Source of the DNA: an uncultured beta proteobacterium
GTDB lineage: Bacteria; Pseudomonadota; Gammaproteobacteria; Burkholderiales; Burkholderiaceae_D
Reading direction: 5' to 3'
Length of the DNA: 64,000 nt
NCBI GenBank assembly: GCA_963837775.1
Contig: CAWIOX010000007.1
Location: 57,401-121,400, forward strand
How positions within the stretch are numbered: the stretch's first letter is position 1; each line of letters opens with the position of its first letter. The notes beneath the pieces were generated by a model. It ran no database searches. It was given only the letters and a program-made list of their open reading frames with translations, and was not told the DNA's origin. Both the position numbers and the translations under genes were made by a program. This document shows, in pieces, positions 59,187-64,000 of the stretch.

Positions 59187-60557
59187 TTACTTGGCCGACG
59201 CCAGTTTCATGTTGTCAGTTTGCGGCCGCAGCAGGGCAAAGCGGTGTGTGATCTCTGCGCTAACGCGGCGAAAGCGTTGCAGTTCGGCGGTGGTCAGCGG
59301 TTGTGCATTCGGCACGTCGATCGACATCGGGTCACGCGCTTCATTGTTGACGCGGAACTCGTAATGCAGGTGCGGGCCGGTGGCCCAGCCGGTCGCGCCG
59401 ACATAGCCGATGATCTCACCCTGGCTGATCTTGCTGCCCTTGTGCATGCCGGGTGCAAAGCGGCTCATGTGGGCGTAGGCGGTGGAATAATTGTTCCAAT
59501 GCTTGATCACCACCACGTTGCCATAGCCGTTCTGGCCGCCGACGAAGTCCAGCACGCCATCACCGGATGCGCGGATCGGGGTGCCGCTGGGCGCTGCGAA
59601 ATCGACGCCTTTGTGTTGCTTCCATGTACCCAGCACCGGGTGCAGGCGCATCGAGAAGCCGGACGAGATGCGGGAAAACTCGAGCGGCGATTTCAGGAAC
59701 GCTTTTTTCAGCGATTTTCCGTCCAGGCTGTAGTAGCCGCCGCTGTCCTTGCTGCCCGGTTCGTTGAACCAGACCGATTGGTAGCTGGTCCCTTTGTTGC
59801 TGAATTCGCCTGCCAGTATGCGGCCCGAGCGAACATATTCGCCGTTCTGCCACAGGGTTTCGTAGACGATGTTGAAATGGTCGCCGCGCTGCAGATCGGA
59901 GGCGAAATCGATATTGGTCGAGAACATGTCGACGATTTGCTTGGCGATGGTGTCGGGAATGTCGGCGCTGTCGGTGGCGGCAAACAGCGAGGACTTGATC
60001 TCGCCGGAGCGCATTTCAATCCGGGTCTCGATGTTGGCGGATTCTTCCGCCGCCTTGAAATGGTCGCCATTGCGCGCAATGATGATGTTTTTCGCCGGGC
60101 CGTCGCGGCCGTCGACCACGGTGGTGCGCAGCCATTGCAGAGCGCCATTTTCCGATGTCTGGGCCTGAATCCGCTTGCCGGGACGCAGTTGCAGCACGTT
60201 GTGCGCGGTGCTGTCGGATTTGATGAAGGCGGTGGCCGCGTCATCGTCGATGCCGAGCCGGTTGAGCAAGGCGGCGAGGGTGTCGCCGGCACGGACTTTT
60301 TCTTCGCGTACGAAGTATTGCTCGGAATTTTCGAGTGCGGCGATCTGTTCCGACAGGTTGGGCAGTGCGAGTTGTTGCGAGACCGTCTTGACCGGCAAAT
60401 CGGCGGCGTCGGGCGCCAGCGGCGCCACGCCGGCCGCGCCGAATGCGCACACAGCGAGGAAAAGTGCCGATGCGGTGATGATGCGTGTCTTGCGCGAGAG
60501 TCCCGGAGGGTGCTGGTCGCGGGAGCCTAGGCTCAGTAATTTATGTAGTGGGCGCAT
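59187..60557 (-). CDS. LysM/OapA-domain M23-family peptidoglycan endopeptidase
   Basis: VRAGDTLAALLNRLGI is LysM-like. HKGVDFAAPSGTPI...GATGWATGPHLHYE is the M23 HxxxD/HxH core. Confidence 0.85.
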   Translation of the reverse strand: MRPLHKLLSLGSRDQHPPGLSRKTRIITASALFLAVCAFGAAGVAPLAPDAADLPVKTVSQQLALPNLSEQIAALENSEQYFVREEKVRAGDTLAALLNRLGIDDDAATAFIKSDSTAHNVLQLRPGKRIQAQTSENGALQWLRTTVVDGRDGPAKNIIIARNGDHFKAAEESANIETRIEMRSGEIKSSLFAATDSADIPDTIAKQIVDMFSTNIDFASDLQRGDHFNIVYETLWQNGEYVRSGRILAGEFSNKGTSYQSVWFNEPGSKDSGGYYSLDGKSLKKAFLKSPLEFSRISSGFSMRLHPVLGTWKQHKGVDFAAPSGTPIRASGDGVLDFVGGQNGYGNVVVIKHWNNYSTAYAHMSRFAPGMHKGSKISQGEIIGYVGATGWATGPHLHYEFRVNNEARDPMSIDVPNAQPLTTAELQRFRRVSAEITHRFALLRPQTDNMKLASAK

Positions 60558-60708
60558 GCAATAAGTTAAAATTTGCCGTTTCGTGCTGATTCTCTCTTGT
60601 TGATTTTGTATTGACGTGCGGCAAGGGTGAAAAAACAATCGGCCATTATACCAAACTAGTGGTATCGATCTTTTTCAAGATTTTTTGAAGTTAATTCTGG
60701 TTAAAAAT

Positions 60709-61998
60709 ATGGACGCTCATCCTCAAGCTGCAAATAAAGTTGAAAACAAGGTCGCGCAATCCGCAGCGGCTTCATCCCCGTCTACGGCATTGCCATTGTC
60801 CGATCGCGTTCAGGAGGCGCTGGCGATTACCAAGCGCGGCGTCGATGAGTTGCTGATCGAATCCGAGTTTGCGCAGAAACTGGCGCGTGCCGAGCGCAGC
60901 GGCATACCGCTGCGCATCAAGCTCGGTCTCGATCCGACCGCGCCCGACCTGCATCTCGGTCATACCGTGGTGCTCAACAAGATGCGCCAGTTGCAGGATC
61001 TGGGCCATAACGTGATCTTCCTGATCGGCGATTTCACTTCGATGATCGGCGATCCGTCCGGCCGCAATGCGACGCGTCCGCCGCTGACCAAGGAGCAGAT
61101 CGAACTCAATGCGATGACCTATTTCAAGCAGGCCAGCCTGGTGCTGGATGCGGCCAAAACCGAGATTCGCTACAACTCCGAATGGTGCGATCCGCTCGGT
61201 GCGCGCGGGATGATCAAGCTGGCGTCGCACTCGACGGTGGCGCGCATGATGGAGCGCGACGATTTCAACAAGCGCTTCAAGGCCAATACGCCGATTTCGG
61301 TGCATGAATTCCTGTACCCGCTGATGCAGGGCTACGATTCGGTCGCATTGAAGAGCGACCTGGAACTCGGCGGCACCGACCAGAAATTCAATCTGCTGGT
61401 CGGGCGCGAACTGCAAAAAGACTGGGGCCAGGAGCCGCAGTGCATCCTGACCATGCCGCTGCTGGAAGGCCTGGACGGCATCGAGAAGATGTCGAAGTCG
61501 AAGAACAACTACATCGGCATCACCGAACCGGCCAACACCATGTTCGCCAAGGTGATGAGCATTTCCGACGTGATGATGTGGCGTTATTACGAGCTGCTGT
61601 CGTTCCGCTCGCTGGCCGAGATTGCCGGTTTCAGGGCCGAAGTCGAGGCCGGCCGCAATCCGCGCGACATCAAGGTTGCGCTGGCGCAGGAAATCGTCGC
61701 GCGCTTTCATTCGGCGCAGGCGGCCGAGGATGCGCTGGCCGATTTCGTCAACCGCTCCAAGGGCGGGATTCCGGACGATGTGCCGGAACTCAGCCTGAGC
61801 GGTGCGCCGCTGGGGATCGGCCAGCTGCTGAAACAGGCCAATCTGTGCGCCTCGACTTCGGAGGCGTTGCGCATGGTGGAGCAGGGCGGGGTAAGAATCG
61901 ACGGCGCCGTGATCTCGGACAAAGCGCTGAAAGTGGAGGCCGGTACCATGGTGCTGCAGGTCGGCAAGCGCAAGTTCGCGCGCGTGACGCTGGCATAG
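60709..61998 (+). CDS. tyrS: tyrosine--tRNA ligase (type 2)
   Basis: HLGH (HIGH) motif, KMSKS, and a C-terminal S4 domain. The start codon choice (60685 or 60709) is uncertain. Confidence 0.9.
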   Translation: MDAHPQAANKVENKVAQSAAASSPSTALPLSDRVQEALAITKRGVDELLIESEFAQKLARAERSGIPLRIKLGLDPTAPDLHLGHTVVLNKMRQLQDLGHNVIFLIGDFTSMIGDPSGRNATRPPLTKEQIELNAMTYFKQASLVLDAAKTEIRYNSEWCDPLGARGMIKLASHSTVARMMERDDFNKRFKANTPISVHEFLYPLMQGYDSVALKSDLELGGTDQKFNLLVGRELQKDWGQEPQCILTMPLLEGLDGIEKMSKSKNNYIGITEPANTMFAKVMSISDVMMWRYYELLSFRSLAEIAGFRAEVEAGRNPRDIKVALAQEIVARFHSAQAAEDALADFVNRSKGGIPDDVPELSLSGAPLGIGQLLKQANLCASTSEALRMVEQGGVRIDGAVISDKALKVEAGTMVLQVGKRKFARVTLA

Positions 61999-62001
61999 GC
62001 G

Positions 62002-62451
62002 ATGATCGCACTGTTGCAGCGTGTCAGTCACGCCAGCGTGGTGGTCGGCGGCGTCAGCGTCGGCGCGATCGATGCCGGCTTGCTGGTGCTGCTGTGCGCG
62101 GAGCGCGGCGACACCCATAAGGAAGCGGATGCCTTGCTGAGCAAGCTGCTGTCGTATCGGGTGTTTTCGGATCAGGCGGACAAGATGAACCTGAGCCTGA
62201 CGCAGGTGCAGGGCGGCCTGCTGCTGGTGCCGCAGTTCACGCTGGCGGCCGATACCAAGTCCGGCACCCGGCCTTCGTTTACGCCGGCCGCGGCACCGGA
62301 AGAGGGGCGCCGCCTGTTCGATTATTTCGCACGGCAGGCACGCAGCAGGCATGCGCTGGTCGAGACCGGGCAATTCGGCGCCGACATGCAGGTGTCGCTG
62401 ACCAACGACGGGCCGGTGACGTTCTGGCTCCAGGTCAGGCCGCCCGCCTGA
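62002..62451 (+). CDS. dtd: D-aminoacyl-tRNA deacylase
   Basis: [13 protein letters not shown]... and [12 protein letters not shown]. Confidence 0.92.
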   Translation: MIALLQRVSHASVVVGGVSVGAIDAGLLVLLCAERGDTHKEADALLSKLLSYRVFSDQADKMNLSLTQVQGGLLLVPQFTLAADTKSGTRPSFTPAAAPEEGRRLFDYFARQARSRHALVETGQFGADMQVSLTNDGPVTFWLQVRPPA

Positions 62452-62473
62452 TCGCGTTTTTTTGAGAAATAGT

Positions 62474-62550
62474 GGGGGTATGTTAAAAAATACTGCCTTT
62501 GCCGCTTGATTTCATTGGCTTTTGAAAAATACAGGTGGCAGTATTTTTTT
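62474..62550 (+). repeat. GGGGGTAT-family intergenic repeat, copy 5 (divergent)
   Basis: GGGGGTATGTTAAAAAATACTGCC...AAAAATACAGGTGGCAGTATTTTTT, with an internal inverted AAAAATACTGCC/GGCAGTATTTTT. Confidence 0.5.
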
Positions 62551-62635
62551 TGGCAAAACAGCCCGTTTAACCATCATGTGCCGCCGGCACGGGCTTTAAC
62601 ATGCAGCGGCGGCGCAACAGGATCGATAAGAAATC

Positions 62636-63298
62636 ATGGGCAAGGAAACCGACATAGTGCTGATTCGCCACGGCGAAACCGACTGGAATGCGGCCAAGCG
62701 TCTGCAGGGCCATATCGATATTCCGCTCAATCAGCAGGGCGCGCGCCAGGCCAGGGCGTTGGGCCAGGCGCTGCGCGAGGAGGCGCTGGACGCGGTGATC
62801 ACCAGCGATTTGCAGCGCGCCCGGCAAACCGCGCTGGCGGTCGCGCAGCACCAGTTGCTGCCGGTGCAGAGCGACCCGGGGCTGCGCGAGCGTTGCTACG
62901 GCGCGTTCGAGGGCATGAATTACAGCGAGATCGGCCAGCGCTATCCGGCCGCCTATGCGGCTTGGCAAAACCGCGATGTCGATGCGCTGTACCCGCCGGG
63001 CGAACGGGTGGCGGAGACCCTGCGCCAGTTTTATGAGCGCACGGTGGCGCGCATCCTGCACTGGGCGCAACGGCACCAGGGCCAGAAGATCGCGCTGGTC
63101 GCGCACGGCGGGGTGCTGGAGTGCGCGTACCGGGCGGCACGCGTGATGCCGCTGGCGGCGCCGCGCGATTTCCCTATCCTCAATGCCAGCATCAACCGCC
63201 TGCGGGTCAAGGATGGCGCGTTGCAGCTGGTGGCCTGGGGCGAGGTCGGGCATCTGGACGCAGCCGCACTGGATGAAGTCGACCGGCGCGTGCCGTAG
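62636..63298 (+). CDS. histidine phosphatase (phosphoglycerate mutase-like) family protein
   Basis: The LIRHGETDWN catalytic motif and a downstream VAHGG. Confidence 0.85.
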   Translation: MGKETDIVLIRHGETDWNAAKRLQGHIDIPLNQQGARQARALGQALREEALDAVITSDLQRARQTALAVAQHQLLPVQSDPGLRERCYGAFEGMNYSEIGQRYPAAYAAWQNRDVDALYPPGERVAETLRQFYERTVARILHWAQRHQGQKIALVAHGGVLECAYRAARVMPLAAPRDFPILNASINRLRVKDGALQLVAWGEVGHLDAAALDEVDRRVP

Positions 63299-63398
63299 GA
63301 ATCTGTCCGGCGCGCGGAAAAATCTCATTTTTGCTTAATAATTGGGCATAACTTCGGGTAAAATAGCGTCCCCTGATTCAACTTACCCTATTCCCATC

Positions 63399-64000
63399 GT
63401 GCAACTCGGCCCCTATCTGCTGCGTAACAATGTGTTTGTCGCGCCGATGGCGGGTGTGACGGACCGGCCGTTCCGCCAGTTGTGCAAGCAGCTCGGCGCC
63501 GGTTATGCGGTGTCCGAGATGGCCGCGTCGAACCCGAAGCTGTGGCTGACCGAGAAATCCAGCCGCCGCATCGACCACGCGGGCGAGATGGAGCCGAAAG
63601 CGGTGCAGATCGCCGGCGCCGATCCGGTGATGCTGGCCGATTGCGCCAGGTTCAACGTCGAGCGCGGCGCGCAGATCATCGACATCAACATGGGCTGTCC
63701 GGTGAAGAAGGTCTGCAACAGCTGGTGCGGGTCGGCGCTGTTGCAGGACGAACAACTGGTGGGCCGGATCCTGGATGCGGTGGTTGCGCGCAGTCGATGT
63801 GCCGGTCACGCTGAAATTTCGCACCGGTTGGGATAGATCAAACAAGAATGCGCTGACCATTGCCAAAATGGCGCAAGCGGCAGGCATCGCGATGCTGACG
63901 CTGCATGGCCGTACCCGCGCCGACGGCTACAGCGGCGACGCGGAATACGAGATGATTGCCGCCGTCAAGGCAGCGGTGGCGATCCCGGTGGTGGCCAATG
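63399..64000 (+). pseudogene. dusB: tRNA-dihydrouridine synthase B, frameshift near 63785-63800; 3' end lies outside the window
   Basis: VFVAPMAGVTDRPFR and [12 protein letters not shown] are in ORF 63342..63836. The sequence continues [14 protein letters not shown]...LTLHGRTR in another frame. Confidence 0.85.

Overview
This is a 64-kb chromosomal segment from a moderately GC-rich proteobacterium. Gene content and order (gltIJKL, eno-pyk, glpD/glpK, rplM-rpsI-argC, bactofilin-erpA-anmK-M23 peptidase-tyrS-dtd-dusB) suggest Burkholderiales/Oxalobacteraceae, but that is inference only. Content is mostly housekeeping genes plus a large block of di/tricarboxylate uptake and catabolism genes: a porin, a CoA-dependent C5-dicarboxylate-type cluster, dctA, TRAP dctPQM and tcuAB.

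Four things stand out.

1. At least 25 genes carry indel-type reading-frame breaks. One is the essential ribosomal gene rplM. The breaks are extremely dense at 12.6-23.7 kb and 39.5-42.3 kb. I treat most of them as probable sequence or assembly errors until shown otherwise, and annotate those genes as 'pseudogene (frameshifted)'.
2. Positions 19464-20710 contain homopolymers A52, T1027 and T81 between the 5' end of dctA and a 5'-truncated dctP. This is most likely an assembly artefact; it would be extraordinary if real.
3. There is an sdhC-sdhD-DUF488-sdhB cluster with no flavoprotein gene sdhA.
4. The window holds several repeat and RNA-level features: a ~65-75 nt GGGGGTAT...ATACCCCC intergenic repeat family (5 copies), GTAGG-GGGTGCAACCC REP-like palindromes, an IS110-family element next to a REP pair between glpD and glpK, ~59-bp direct repeats bracketing aceA, and an orphan promoter-plus-terminator unit that looks like a ~100-nt sRNA with CCUCC motifs.

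I saw no rRNA, tRNA, CRISPR array, prophage, toxin-antitoxin or recognisable defence system. I did not find convincing evidence of a complete novel multi-gene system. The findings below are the best leads, with their caveats.
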